Made by a program: the position numbers and the translations under genes. The notes under the pieces are model-generated. The model worked only from the letters and a program-made list of their open reading frames with translations, searched no databases and was not told the DNA's origin. From an uncultured Mycoplasmatota bacterium (GTDB lineage Bacteria > Bacillota_I > Bacilli_A > RF39 > UBA660): DNA of 64,000 nt. The DNA lies in the NCBI GenBank assembly GCA_900549285.1, contig URNW01000003.1, positions 7,975 through 71,974 on the forward strand, given 5' to 3'. Of this stretch, positions 36,277 to 45,985 are shown in pieces (position 1 is the stretch's first letter; each line of letters begins with the position of its first letter).

Positions 36277-36948
36277 TTATATTTTATATACTTTATTAGA
36301 TTTTCTACTAAACAAATAAACCACTACTATTGCCGCAAGTCCACCACCAATAGCTACATAAGGAATTACACTTCCTGTCTCACTATTTGGAACATCATTA
36401 GGATTATCAGGATTAGTTGTATTACCACAAACCTGATTATATTCTTCTTCTGAAATAGGATTTCCATTATTATCAAAATAATAACCATCAACTTTTACTG
36501 AACAATTTAATCGATAAGGTGAAACATCTAACATACACCCTGTATCAGCAGTATCAGTAGTCTTAACCGTTATTTTTAAATTAGTAGAACTTCCAGAAGC
36601 TTCAATAAATACATCCCTTGTACCATCACTATTTTCAGGTTGAGAAACAATCACAAAACCAGAACTTACACTAACACTATCAATCTTTACACTGCTTGGA
36701 ATTAATTGAAAATAAATATATTTACTATCCGTATTGACCGAAATAGTCCAAGTCTTTTCTTTTGCTTCTTTATTTGAATAAGTCCAAGTATAATCTCCTG
36801 CTTTAATAGTACCAAACTGTCCAAAAGAAATATCTTCTGTACTAAGATGTGGATCACTTTGAGTAAATCCAGCTGCTAAAACTGTTTGGGGCATAACTAA
36901 TATAGCTACTGCTATAAAACTAAGTATCATAGTAACTCTTCTAATCAT
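36277..36948 (-). CDS. Secreted surface protein with a cell-wall-sorting-signal-like C-terminus (non-canonical motif)
   Basis: Signal peptide ..VMPQTVLAAG. The C-terminus reads VPNSETG, then the hydrophobic stretch SVIPYVAIGGGLAAIVVVYLF, then the basic tail SRKSNKVYKI. Divergent from a sortase B gene. Confidence 0.6.
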   Translation of the reverse strand: MIRRVTMILSFIAVAILVMPQTVLAAGFTQSDPHLSTEDISFGQFGTIKAGDYTWTYSNKEAKEKTWTISVNTDSKYIYFQLIPSSVKIDSVSVSSGFVIVSQPENSDGTRDVFIEASGSSTNLKITVKTTDTADTGCMLDVSPYRLNCSVKVDGYYFDNNGNPISEEEYNQVCGNTTNPDNPNDVPNSETGSVIPYVAIGGGLAAIVVVYLFSRKSNKVYKI

Positions 36949-37034
36949 ATAACCTCTTCCTTTACTATTATTATGTACTAATTATAACATAAAAATGTAA
37001 AAAAGAAAGTTCTTTTTTAAAAATATTTAAAAAA

Positions 37035-38675
37035 ATGTCAATCTATGATATGATAGTAATGGTGAATAGTGTGAAAAAAATATTAATAAGCATACATAAT
37101 AAAAACATTATTTTTTCCTATAAAACAAATAATAGTTCAATTAATAATGATTTAATAAATACAAATATCATCAGTAACAATGAACTAATTTTTAGTGATG
37201 TCTACATAAAAGAAAACATGAAAATTCTTTCTTCTTTTATTAAAGAATTATCCCTACAGTATAATGTAAATAAAGTAATTATCAGTAAAATAGAATTAGC
37301 TCCTCTTATTTTAAAACTATTAAAAAAAGCAAGCAATATAACAGAACTAGAAATAAAAGAAGAAGAAACATTAACTTATGAAATATGTGAATTACTAACA
37401 CAAATAAATCATATTAAAAGTGTTACTTGCTATAATCTACAACCATTCATGATTGAATTATTAGACAAATTTAATATTACATGTACCTCAAAATGTGAAA
37501 TACTCTATTTAAGCAATTTTATGGAAAAGAACAATTTATTAAGATATTCTAACATTTATTATAAAACTAATATTAGAATCACCTTCCCTCTTTCTTTAGA
37601 GGATTTAAAAGATTTACAAGATTTTCTCAAAATAAATAAATATTTAAAAACAATTCATATAAATAGCCTCATAAATAATGAACTAGAAAATTTAGTAAAT
37701 TTATTAATAAAATATAATCGTAAAAATTTAAAAATAATCATTCACGAAAATATCACAGAAGAAAAAAAAGCAGAATATTTAAAACAAAGAAATAAAATTT
37801 ATAAAAAGAAATATAAAATATATTTATCCTTAGAATATACCAAAGAATACTTAGATAAAAACATTTTTAGGCAAGCGATCACCAACACTTTAAAAGTTTG
37901 TGGACTAATTATATCAAGTCTAGTAATTTTAATAGTAACTTATATAGGTATTTCTAATTATGTAGCCTATAAACAAGTAAATAAAATTAAAGAAAATCTA
38001 GCCGAAGTAATAGAAGAAACTGATCCCAGTACAATTATTAAAGAAAAAAATGAAGAAAACATAGAACAAGCAAAAGAAGAAGAATTAGACCTAAACAACA
38101 TTAAGCCAATTATCAATTCTAATTTAGCTTCTTTACTTTCTGTAAATGAAGATGTAGTTGGAGAACTGGTTGTAAATAACACAAATATTAACTACCCAGT
38201 TGTTCAAGCAGATGATAATGATTATTATCTAGATCATAACATAAATAAAGAAAAGAATGCGAATGGTTGGATTTATCTGGATTTTCGTAATGATTCTATG
38301 AATTTAGATAAAAATAATATTATTTATGGTCATAATATGTACTACAGTGGAGTAATGTTTGGAACACTTCATAAAACGGCTAATGCAAGTTGGTACACAA
38401 ATCCAGAAAATCAAATAATTACTTACAATACTCTATATGAAAATATGCATTTTAAAATATTTTCAATATACCGTGTCCCTAAAACAAACGATTACATCAA
38501 AGTATTCTTTGAAGATGATAATGATTTTCTAGATTTTATAGATATGATAACAAAACGCAGTATATATAATTTTAATGTTCCCGTAAATGCTGATGATAAA
38601 ATCATAACACTATCTACATGCAGTAACAATGGAACTAAAAGATTAGTAATTCATGCTGTATTAATTAATGAATAA
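37035..38675 (+). CDS. srtB: Class B sortase with a ~290-aa N-terminal cytoplasmic extension
   Basis: C-terminal third carries SrtB-type motifs (YPVVQADDNDYYLDHN, NIIYGHNMYYSGVMFGTL, IITLSTCSN, RLVIHA). One TM helix (VCGLIISSLVILIVTYIGI). The N-terminal region is Leu/Ile/Asn-rich and repeat-like. The true start may be the GTG at 37071. Confidence 0.8.
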   Translation: MSIYDMIVMVNSVKKILISIHNKNIIFSYKTNNSSINNDLINTNIISNNELIFSDVYIKENMKILSSFIKELSLQYNVNKVIISKIELAPLILKLLKKASNITELEIKEEETLTYEICELLTQINHIKSVTCYNLQPFMIELLDKFNITCTSKCEILYLSNFMEKNNLLRYSNIYYKTNIRITFPLSLEDLKDLQDFLKINKYLKTIHINSLINNELENLVNLLIKYNRKNLKIIIHENITEEKKAEYLKQRNKIYKKKYKIYLSLEYTKEYLDKNIFRQAITNTLKVCGLIISSLVILIVTYIGISNYVAYKQVNKIKENLAEVIEETDPSTIIKEKNEENIEQAKEEELDLNNIKPIINSNLASLLSVNEDVVGELVVNNTNINYPVVQADDNDYYLDHNINKEKNANGWIYLDFRNDSMNLDKNNIIYGHNMYYSGVMFGTLHKTANASWYTNPENQIITYNTLYENMHFKIFSIYRVPKTNDYIKVFFEDDNDFLDFIDMITKRSIYNFNVPVNADDKIITLSTCSNNGTKRLVIHAVLINE

Positions 38676-38698
38676 AGGATATGTTTAAACCCATATCC

Positions 38699-39322
38699 TT
38701 ATTTTTTTGCATCTAAATAATTAATTTTGGCTCCTAATGCCTGAAACTTTTTTTCATACTCAGTTAAAACATTTGGAATATCACTATGATGTAAATCGAA
38801 ATGAACATTAGAAAATACATAGCCATAATTACTCAAACTAACAAGAGAACTTGCAAACAATCCCAAATTATCAGTTTTCATAACAATATGAGAAGTATTT
38901 AGAAATATATGATCATAAATCTGTAAGAATACCTCGCTAGTAAGACGTCTATTTTTATTGGCTTTCTTTGGCCATGGATCAGAAAAATTAAGATATATAG
39001 TAGTAATTTCCGAAGAAAACACTTCTTCAAGTCTTAAAGCATCTAAATTAATAATTCTTAAATTAGGCAATCCAACTGGATACTTCTTAATAGCTCGTGC
39101 TAAAACATTGCTATATTTTTCAACACCAATAAAATTAATATTTGGATGCAACCGAGCCATATCATAAATAAAATCTCCTTTACCCATGCCTATTTCTAAA
39201 TGAATAGGAAAACCATTTGAAAATAATTCACTCCACTTTCCTTTATACAAAAAAGGATCCTTCACCAAATAATTACAATTTTCTAATAAAAAATCTTTAT
39301 TTTTTAAATTTCTAAGACGCAT
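38699..39322 (-). CDS. trmB: tRNA (guanine46-N7)-methyltransferase TrmB
   Basis: IHLEIGMGKGDF (SAM-binding), GVEKY and LNFSDPWPKK motifs. Start at MRLRNLKN. Confidence 0.85.
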   Translation of the reverse strand: MRLRNLKNKDFLLENCNYLVKDPFLYKGKWSELFSNGFPIHLEIGMGKGDFIYDMARLHPNINFIGVEKYSNVLARAIKKYPVGLPNLRIINLDALRLEEVFSSEITTIYLNFSDPWPKKANKNRRLTSEVFLQIYDHIFLNTSHIVMKTDNLGLFASSLVSLSNYGYVFSNVHFDLHHSDIPNVLTEYEKKFQALGAKINYLDAKK

Positions 39323-39375
39323 AATATCACTACTTTCTATATCTAACATATAATAAATTGAAAGGATAAGTGTAT

Positions 39376-39711
39376 ATGAAAAAAGATCGAAATGCTTTTT
39401 TTCAAGAATCAGGATATTTTAACCAAACAAATATTCCTGCCCCTAACATGAATATAGCCAACCAACCGTTTACTACAAGCTCTCAATCTAGCTTCTATGC
39501 TGGACCTACACCCATGAATTATAACACACCTAATAACATGAATGCAAACATTCCTAATATTCCAAATTATGATTATAGCGACATAGAGTCTCGCTTATCT
39601 AAGTTAGAAAGACAAATAAATCGTTTAGATGCTCGCATAACTAAATTAGAAAATACCAATCTTTACCCTGTTGAGGAAATTGATACAACAACAAACATGT
39701 ATATGGTCTAA
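39376..39711 (+). CDS. Small Asn/Pro-rich protein with a C-terminal coiled coil, unknown function
   Basis: 111-aa ORF with a low-complexity N-terminal half, then SRLSKLERQINRLDARITKLEN. Possibly spore-associated; no motif. Confidence 0.4.
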   Translation: MKKDRNAFFQESGYFNQTNIPAPNMNIANQPFTTSSQSSFYAGPTPMNYNTPNNMNANIPNIPNYDYSDIESRLSKLERQINRLDARITKLENTNLYPVEEIDTTTNMYMV

Positions 39712-39712
39712 A

Positions 39713-41356
39713 TTAGACCTCTTTTTTATTTTTTATAAATTTATTTTTTAATTTTTGTAAATAATCCTTTCCTAAAATTTCATCTATAAGTCCCATTTTA
39801 TGAGAAATAATAAAATAACTAAAAGCTCCAACTAATGCTATAACCGCAATATACATAACACAAGCAAATCTACTATTAAAATCAATAGGAATAAATAACT
39901 TCATAACTAAAACAACAACAATCATTGTAACAAGAGGAACAATCATTTTCATAAACATTTTTTTGGTGTCATGATATTGGAAACGATATTCCTTTCTTAA
40001 ATACAAAACAGCTATTAAAATAGTAATACTAAATCCAACAATGGTAGCTAAAGTAGCTCCCCAATAAGCTGGAGCACCTAATGAATCAAAGAGTAACATA
40101 AAAGGAACATCTAATAAAGCATTAATAACAATACCTGATATAGAACTGATATAAACCCATTTAAATTTATTCATACTTTGCAAAGTATGGTTACAAACAG
40201 TATATAAATTAGTAAAAAGAGGAGCAAAAATAGCAAAAGCCAAAATATTTGTTCCAATAGAACTATAACCATAAAAAACTGTCCATATAGAAGATGCTAA
40301 TAAACTAATTCCTATACACATTGGTAAACTAATAAATAAAATAATTTGTAAAGATTTATTAAATTTATGATTTAAATCATCATATTTCTTTAATGTAAAT
40401 GCCTCTACCATATTAGGAATCAAACTTGCAGATAATCCCAAAGCAATAGATGTAACAACAATACTAATCTTAGGTGCCCAAGTTGAAATACTAGAAGCAA
40501 TAAATTCTGCTTCTAAAGCATCAATACCCAAATAATCCATAGTCCTCAAAACTAAAATCATATCTACGTTATTATAAATAGTAAAAGCAATACTCACAAT
40601 AACTACTGGTAAAGCATACTGAATAATTTTTTTAATAATATCTTTATTTGAAACATCATCTTTTACATCAAAATGTTCTACTAAATGTAGTTCTTTTTTA
40701 TTTTCTTTAAGCTTTTGACGAACGTAAAAAAAGGCTGATAATCCCCCAATAAAAGCTCCAAAAACAGCTACTCCAACCACAATCGTCAAATCAAGATGAA
40801 GCCATTTAAGAGCAATATAACTGCCACAAATGATCACTAAAACTCGAACCACTTGTTCAATAACCTGTGATATACTAGAAACAGAAATAATATTATGTCC
40901 TTGAAAAAAACCTCTAGAAACACTTAAAAAAGGAAAAACAAGTAAAGAAAAAGATACACAGCGAATCACAAAAGTAACATCCTGAACCGTATTTCCACCT
41001 GTCATATCTCCAATAATCAAATTAGAAATTTGCGGAGCAAAAATAAAAAGAAGAGCAAAAGCAATAATTGCAATAAAACTTAATAATTTCTTACCTATTT
41101 TAAAAGTTCTAATTTTAGCTTCTTGTTTATTGAGCGTATTAAATTCATTTATAAGTTTACTAACAGCAATAGGAATACCCGCAGTAGCAATCTCTAAAAA
41201 TAATCCATAAATATTATAGGCATAAGAATATAAAGATCCGCCATCTGATCCAACGATTGCATAAAAAGGAATAACATAAAGCATCCCTAATATTTTTACA
41301 ACTATAATACAAATAGTAGCAATAATTGTTCCTTCTATAAATGAATTTTTTTTCAT
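39713..41356 (-). CDS. MOP-superfamily oligosaccharide/lipid II flippase (SpoVB/YtgP/MurJ-like)
   Basis: 547 aa with about 14 TM helices. N-terminus GTIIATICIIVVKILGMLYVIPFYAIVG...YSYAYNIYGLFLEIATAGIPIAVSKLI is typical of the polysaccharide biosynthesis protein family. Confidence 0.75.
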   Translation of the reverse strand: MKKNSFIEGTIIATICIIVVKILGMLYVIPFYAIVGSDGGSLYSYAYNIYGLFLEIATAGIPIAVSKLINEFNTLNKQEAKIRTFKIGKKLLSFIAIIAFALLFIFAPQISNLIIGDMTGGNTVQDVTFVIRCVSFSLLVFPFLSVSRGFFQGHNIISVSSISQVIEQVVRVLVIICGSYIALKWLHLDLTIVVGVAVFGAFIGGLSAFFYVRQKLKENKKELHLVEHFDVKDDVSNKDIIKKIIQYALPVVIVSIAFTIYNNVDMILVLRTMDYLGIDALEAEFIASSISTWAPKISIVVTSIALGLSASLIPNMVEAFTLKKYDDLNHKFNKSLQIILFISLPMCIGISLLASSIWTVFYGYSSIGTNILAFAIFAPLFTNLYTVCNHTLQSMNKFKWVYISSISGIVINALLDVPFMLLFDSLGAPAYWGATLATIVGFSITILIAVLYLRKEYRFQYHDTKKMFMKMIVPLVTMIVVVLVMKLFIPIDFNSRFACVMYIAVIALVGAFSYFIISHKMGLIDEILGKDYLQKLKNKFIKNKKEV

Positions 41357-41365
41357 AATACACTC

Positions 41366-41539
41366 CTAACTAGTATAAATAATCATTGCAGTAAAACAAT
41401 AAATTTGCTCTTCTCCAAACATAGAGATCGCCGTACTAAATTTAATATCAATCACCTCACCAGAAACTTCACTTAAAAAAGAATTAATTTGTCCTTCTAA
41501 ATCTTTCTCATGAGATTCATCAAATATTTTCACTTTCAT
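41366..41539 (-). CDS. Cse60-like small sporulation protein
   Basis: MKVKIFDESHEKDLEGQINSFLSE...VIDIKFS......EEQIYCFTAMIIY matches my recollection of the Cse60 (YteV) family pattern. Confidence 0.55.
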   Translation of the reverse strand: MKVKIFDESHEKDLEGQINSFLSEVSGEVIDIKFSTAISMFGEEQIYCFTAMIIYTS

Positions 41540-41573
41540 AATCATCACCATGTTCAATATAACACAGAATCTT

Positions 41574-42029
41574 TTATTTTATTGTCGAATTAAAGAGTAG
41601 CACAAAAGCTTGTATTACTTCCATCTTATTATCTGAACGTTTATTTTTTAAAATAGGAATATATTCGGAATAATATCGATTTACCCTTCGATCATAAATG
41701 CAAAGATAAACCCCTTTTTCTTTGCAAACATTACTAGTAAGTCTCCCCGTAATTCCCACTCCTAAATCACTTTTCGTAAAATCACTAATTGCTAAAGCCA
41801 TCTCCATAGCGGTTTCTTTACTATATACCGTATAAGTATCAATTACTTTTTTAGATACACCCATTTTAATTTTAAAATCAGTACTATAAGTAACCGCACT
41901 AAATTTTAAAATAGTACTAGCATCAGGTATATCTGTAATAAGACTTGCAAGTAATCCCCCAGTACAAGATTCCATAGTTGAAATAGTAATACGATTTTCT
42001 ATCAAATAATGAACAATTTGTTCTAACAT
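41574..42029 (-). CDS. pncC: CinA C-terminal-domain protein / nicotinamide-nucleotide amidohydrolase PncC
   Basis: ISTMESCTGGLLAS.. and SDLGVGITG.. motifs. 151 aa. Confidence 0.8.
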   Translation of the reverse strand: MLEQIVHYLIENRITISTMESCTGGLLASLITDIPDASTILKFSAVTYSTDFKIKMGVSKKVIDTYTVYSKETAMEMALAISDFTKSDLGVGITGRLTSNVCKEKGVYLCIYDRRVNRYYSEYIPILKNKRSDNKMEVIQAFVLLFNSTIK

Positions 42030-42122
42030 CTAAATCGACCTCATTAATATTGTACCATAAAAAAATTCAAGTGTATAGAATACACTTGCCATATATTTAC
42101 ACTAATAAATTATTAATCTACA

Positions 42123-43001
42123 TTATTTGACTTGACCTGCAATTCCAACTATTGTATATCTTTTTATTACTTCATATCTTAATTGACTATCCTTTATTGT
42201 ATACACTCTCTCTTCTAATTCTCCATAATCTTTTACTTCTTCTTCCCCGTTTTCTGTATTCTCCAAACTATTTAATACAGGTACTAAATAATAAATTTTA
42301 TCATCTTCTACTTTAATATCAATGTAACAATTTGAAGGAGTAGTACAAGCATTAAAACTATCAGTATACCAAGGATATTCATTATCTTTTAAAGTATAAC
42401 CTGTATAAGTAGACATAATAGTCATCCCACGTGTTTCACTACTTCCAGAATAATCTACTAAATCATTATTAACAAACTCTAAATTTTCATTTAAAATATA
42501 CAATTTATCTTCTTCTCCAGCCAAATCTGGATAAATACTAGTATGAATGAGCAAATAGGACTTCCCATCTTCTCCATTAATAAAAGAAAAATTCTTCTCA
42601 TTAAAACTACTAGAAATCATATTAATATCAAATTCTGTTTTATTATCATTATAAGTTTCATAATAAGCATATAAAGTTGCCCCATTATAATCACCAGTTA
42701 AGGATTGTTCCTTTAAATCTTCATTATGACGATACAAAAATTCTATTTCAAATGTTTTTTCTAAACCATTTATAACAATTTCATATTTTTGAACAAAGGA
42801 ATCTTCTATTTTTTTAGTTTCCACTAAAATAATTTGATCTTCCTTCTTTACTTCAATATTACCATCATTTAATTCAACATTTTCCTTTTGAGATTCACTT
42901 TTTTTATCAACATTAAAATCATGCGTAGTAACATAAAAAATTCCTACTCCAATAACAATAACTGCTAAAACAATAATAAAAATAATCAATACTTTTTTCA
43001 T
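42123..43001 (-). CDS. Membrane-anchored extracytoplasmic protein, unknown function
   Basis: 292-aa ORF with an N-terminal TM helix. No motif recognised. Confidence 0.5.
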   Translation of the reverse strand: MKKVLIIFIIVLAVIVIGVGIFYVTTHDFNVDKKSESQKENVELNDGNIEVKKEDQIILVETKKIEDSFVQKYEIVINGLEKTFEIEFLYRHNEDLKEQSLTGDYNGATLYAYYETYNDNKTEFDINMISSSFNEKNFSFINGEDGKSYLLIHTSIYPDLAGEEDKLYILNENLEFVNNDLVDYSGSSETRGMTIMSTYTGYTLKDNEYPWYTDSFNACTTPSNCYIDIKVEDDKIYYLVPVLNSLENTENGEEEVKDYGELEERVYTIKDSQLRYEVIKRYTIVGIAGQVK

Positions 43002-43093
43002 ACTTCCTACCTCTACCTATTAATTAAACCATATTTCTATTATTATTTCAATCCTCATTTTTTAACACATAAAAAGCATACCGAAGTATACTT

Positions 43094-43330
43094 TTAATAT
43101 CCATAAGGACCAGGTATATATCCTCCATAAGAATAATACGAATACGGAGGCTGGTATAAAGGCCTTACTCCATAATTTGGTCCTTGAGGTGCTACATTAA
43201 CAATTGGTCTTGGTCTAGTTAACCCAACTGCTGCTCCACCAACTAAAGCTCCAGTTAAAAATGGAAAAATAAAACGATCATTATTACCTTGAATACGAGG
43301 TGGTCTCATTTGATACATATTATTATTCAT
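43094..43330 (-). CDS. Small Pro/Tyr/Gly-rich protein with one hydrophobic segment
   Basis: MNNNMYQMRPP...FLTGALVGGAAVGL...YQPPYSYYSYGGYIPGPYGY. The composition resembles spore-coat or low-complexity proteins. Confidence 0.4.
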   Translation of the reverse strand: MNNNMYQMRPPRIQGNNDRFIFPFLTGALVGGAAVGLTRPRPIVNVAPQGPNYGVRPLYQPPYSYYSYGGYIPGPYGY

Positions 43331-43390
43331 AATTACCACACTTTCTAATATATCATATGTTTTCTTCTAAAAAGAAAATAGGCTATAAGC

Positions 43391-44626
43391 CTAATTTCCT
43401 TCTTTTACTAAACCTAAATAATAGTTTTTCTTTCCCCTTTTAATAATAAGTACTTTCCCATCAATAGTATTTTCTTTATTAAGAATATAATCTAAATCCA
43501 TAATCTTTTTATTATTAATACTAATAGCACCAGCTCCAACAAACTCTCTAGCTTCTCTTTTACTATTAACAATTTTACTTTCAACTAAAATATCTACAAT
43601 AGATTTACCAAGAACAACATCTACATTAGGAACGCCCTTTAAAGAAGAAATAACTTCTTCACTAGTAAGGGCCACAACATTCTCACTAAATAATGATTCA
43701 CTAATTTTAACTGCTCTCTCATATTCTTCATGACCATGTAAAAAAGTAATAACTTCTTCTGCCAATTTTTTATGAGCAATGCGAAGTTCTGGTTTTTCAC
43801 TATGAATTTTTTCTATTTCTTCTATTTCTTCCTTAGATAAAAAGGTTAATTTTTTTAAATAATCAATTACCATATCATCTTCTGTATTAATAAAGAACTG
43901 ATACATTTCATAGCTACTAGTTTTATTAATATCTAACCATATAGCATTCCCTTCACTTTTACCAAACTTTGTTCCATCTTTCTTAGTAATAAGAGGCATT
44001 GTAAAACCATAAGCTTCCTGACCAGTTTTTTTACGAATTAAATCGATACCAGCCGTAATATTTCCCCATTGATCTTGACCTGCAACTTGCATAATACATC
44101 CCTTATTTTGATACAACCACAAAAAATCTAAAGATTGCATAATCATATAAGAAAATTCTGTATACGTAATACCCGCATCCAATCTTCTTTTAATAATATC
44201 CTTATCTAACATATAGTTAATACTAAAATATTTTCCATAGTCTCGTAAATAATCTATAAAATTAATATCTTTACTCCAATCATAATTATTTACAATCTCA
44301 AAACCAAATATTTTCTTTACTTGATTAGTTAAGGCATCTACATTATGAGCAACTGCTTCTTTTGTAATCATAGCTCTCTCCGCAGTTGGTTTAGGATCTC
44401 CAATTTGCCCTGTTGCCCCACCAATAAGTAAAATAGGATGATGTCCTGCTTTTTTTAGACGACTAGCAATTAAAAAAGAAGAAAAATGTCCAATATGCAA
44501 TGAATCACCTGTAGGATCTGTACCAATATAAAATGTAACTCCTTCACCATTTAATAATTCCTCTATCTTAGGACTAGATATGTCTTTCAAAAGTCCTCTC
44601 CACTTTAAATCTTCATATAAATTCAT
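43391..44626 (-). CDS. tyrS: Tyrosine-tRNA ligase
   Basis: Class I HIGH (LHIGH) and KMSKS-like (KFGKS) motifs plus a C-terminal S4 domain. The ATG overlaps the pepS stop (ATGA). Confidence 0.95.
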   Translation of the reverse strand: MNLYEDLKWRGLLKDISSPKIEELLNGEGVTFYIGTDPTGDSLHIGHFSSFLIASRLKKAGHHPILLIGGATGQIGDPKPTAERAMITKEAVAHNVDALTNQVKKIFGFEIVNNYDWSKDINFIDYLRDYGKYFSINYMLDKDIIKRRLDAGITYTEFSYMIMQSLDFLWLYQNKGCIMQVAGQDQWGNITAGIDLIRKKTGQEAYGFTMPLITKKDGTKFGKSEGNAIWLDINKTSSYEMYQFFINTEDDMVIDYLKKLTFLSKEEIEEIEKIHSEKPELRIAHKKLAEEVITFLHGHEEYERAVKISESLFSENVVALTSEEVISSLKGVPNVDVVLGKSIVDILVESKIVNSKREAREFVGAGAISINNKKIMDLDYILNKENTIDGKVLIIKRGKKNYYLGLVKEGN

Positions 44627-45828
44627 TTTTTTACCTCCACAAAATTCCCGTCTTTCATTATAACTATTTCTTCCTTATTTTGCAAGACAGCTTTGATTTC
44701 TAAATCACTAGTTCCAATAAAGAAATCAACATGTAAAGAAGACATATTAAGTCCCATTTCACTTAATTCCTCCTTAGATAAAATAAACCCATCTTGAATA
44801 CATTCTGCAAAAGATTGTCCAATTGCTAAATGACAGCTAGCATTTTCATCAAAAAGTGTATTTTTAAATAAAATATTAGTTAAAGAAATTGGACTAGTAT
44901 AATCAACTAAAGCTACTTCTCCCAAATAATGTGATCCCTCATCTGTATCTATAATACCTTTTAAAATTTCTTTTCCTTTTTTCGCATCAAAATCTACTAT
45001 CCGTCCATCCTTAAATTCTAACCAAAAATCTTCAATTATATTCCCATTATATAAAAGCAGTTTAGAAGAATAAACACGGCCATTTACTCGAAGTTTATCT
45101 GGTGAAGTAAACACTTCTTCTGTTGGCATATTAACAATATTTTCTCCATCAGCACTTTGAAATAAATAATTTTGAGTTAACCCAATTTCCAAATTAGTTC
45201 CTAAAGAATTATGATAGATAAAGTAATCAATATTAAGCTCATTTAAATATTTAGCCCTTCTTTTTAACTCATTCATTTTTTCTTTCCAAAGAAGTGTTGG
45301 ATTTTCCTCTTTAATCAAACATATATCAAAGATAATATCCCATAAGTGATCTTCATCATCTTCTCCTAAAATATCTTTTGCCCATATCTTATTAGGTACA
45401 GCTGAAATATTCCATTTTATAAGTCCTTTTAATTGATAATCTTTATATTCTGTAATACTTTTCATTTGATAAGCATAGACTTTACTTAATAAAGAAGCAT
45501 CAACATCTTCATAAAATCCAGGTAAAGGAGAAGATAAACTTAAAAAAGCATATCCTTCTCTAGCCATTTTGTTATATATTTTCCGATCCATTATAGGATT
45601 ATTAACAATTTCTAAAAAAGACTTCGTTAAGTATAATTCTTTTTGTTTAAAGGGATCATTAATTAAAGTTTTAATATCTGTAATTCCCATTTTACCAGCT
45701 TCATCAATAACTAAATCAATAAAATCTTTAATTAAAGTATAACCAATAATAAAAAGTTTATCTCCTTTTTTTAATTTCAAACATCCTTCAACCAAAAACC
45801 TAGCATATTTTCTTTTTAAATCAAGCAC
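44623..45828 (-). CDS. pepS: Aminopeptidase PepS/AmpS (M29 family)
   Basis: LKRKYARFLVEGCLKLKKGDKL.., ..PTEEVFTSP.., ..GEVALV.., ..HLAIGQSF.., ..HVDF.. are typical M29 blocks. Start taken as the GTG after GAAAGGAAG. Confidence 0.85.
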   Translation of the reverse strand: MLDLKRKYARFLVEGCLKLKKGDKLFIIGYTLIKDFIDLVIDEAGKMGITDIKTLINDPFKQKELYLTKSFLEIVNNPIMDRKIYNKMAREGYAFLSLSSPLPGFYEDVDASLLSKVYAYQMKSITEYKDYQLKGLIKWNISAVPNKIWAKDILGEDDEDHLWDIIFDICLIKEENPTLLWKEKMNELKRRAKYLNELNIDYFIYHNSLGTNLEIGLTQNYLFQSADGENIVNMPTEEVFTSPDKLRVNGRVYSSKLLLYNGNIIEDFWLEFKDGRIVDFDAKKGKEILKGIIDTDEGSHYLGEVALVDYTSPISLTNILFKNTLFDENASCHLAIGQSFAECIQDGFILSKEELSEMGLNMSSLHVDFFIGTSDLEIKAVLQNKEEIVIMKDGNFVEVKK

Positions 45829-45985
45829 TTTTCTCTTCCTTTCTAACAATAAAAAGTCCATAAATAAGGGACGAGTTCACCCGCGGTACCACCCTTAATT
45901 TATGAACTTAACTTCATACTCTTTTTTATTTAACGCATATCTACGATTTAGCTCCAAAGTTGTAAATTTCTTCAACGCTAATTTA
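45829..45985 (-). promoter_or_regulatory. T-box leader (probable Tyr specifier) in front of pepS-tyrS
   Basis: Minus strand contains AATTAAGGGTGGTACCGCGGGTGAACTCGTCCCTT. This is the T-box consensus, foldable as an antiterminator: AAGGG/CCCTT helix, UGGUACC bulge, GCG/CGU helix. It is preceded by the hairpin TATGAAGTTAAGTTCATA. UAC lies in the loop of an upstream hairpin (45948..45981). Confidence 0.75.
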
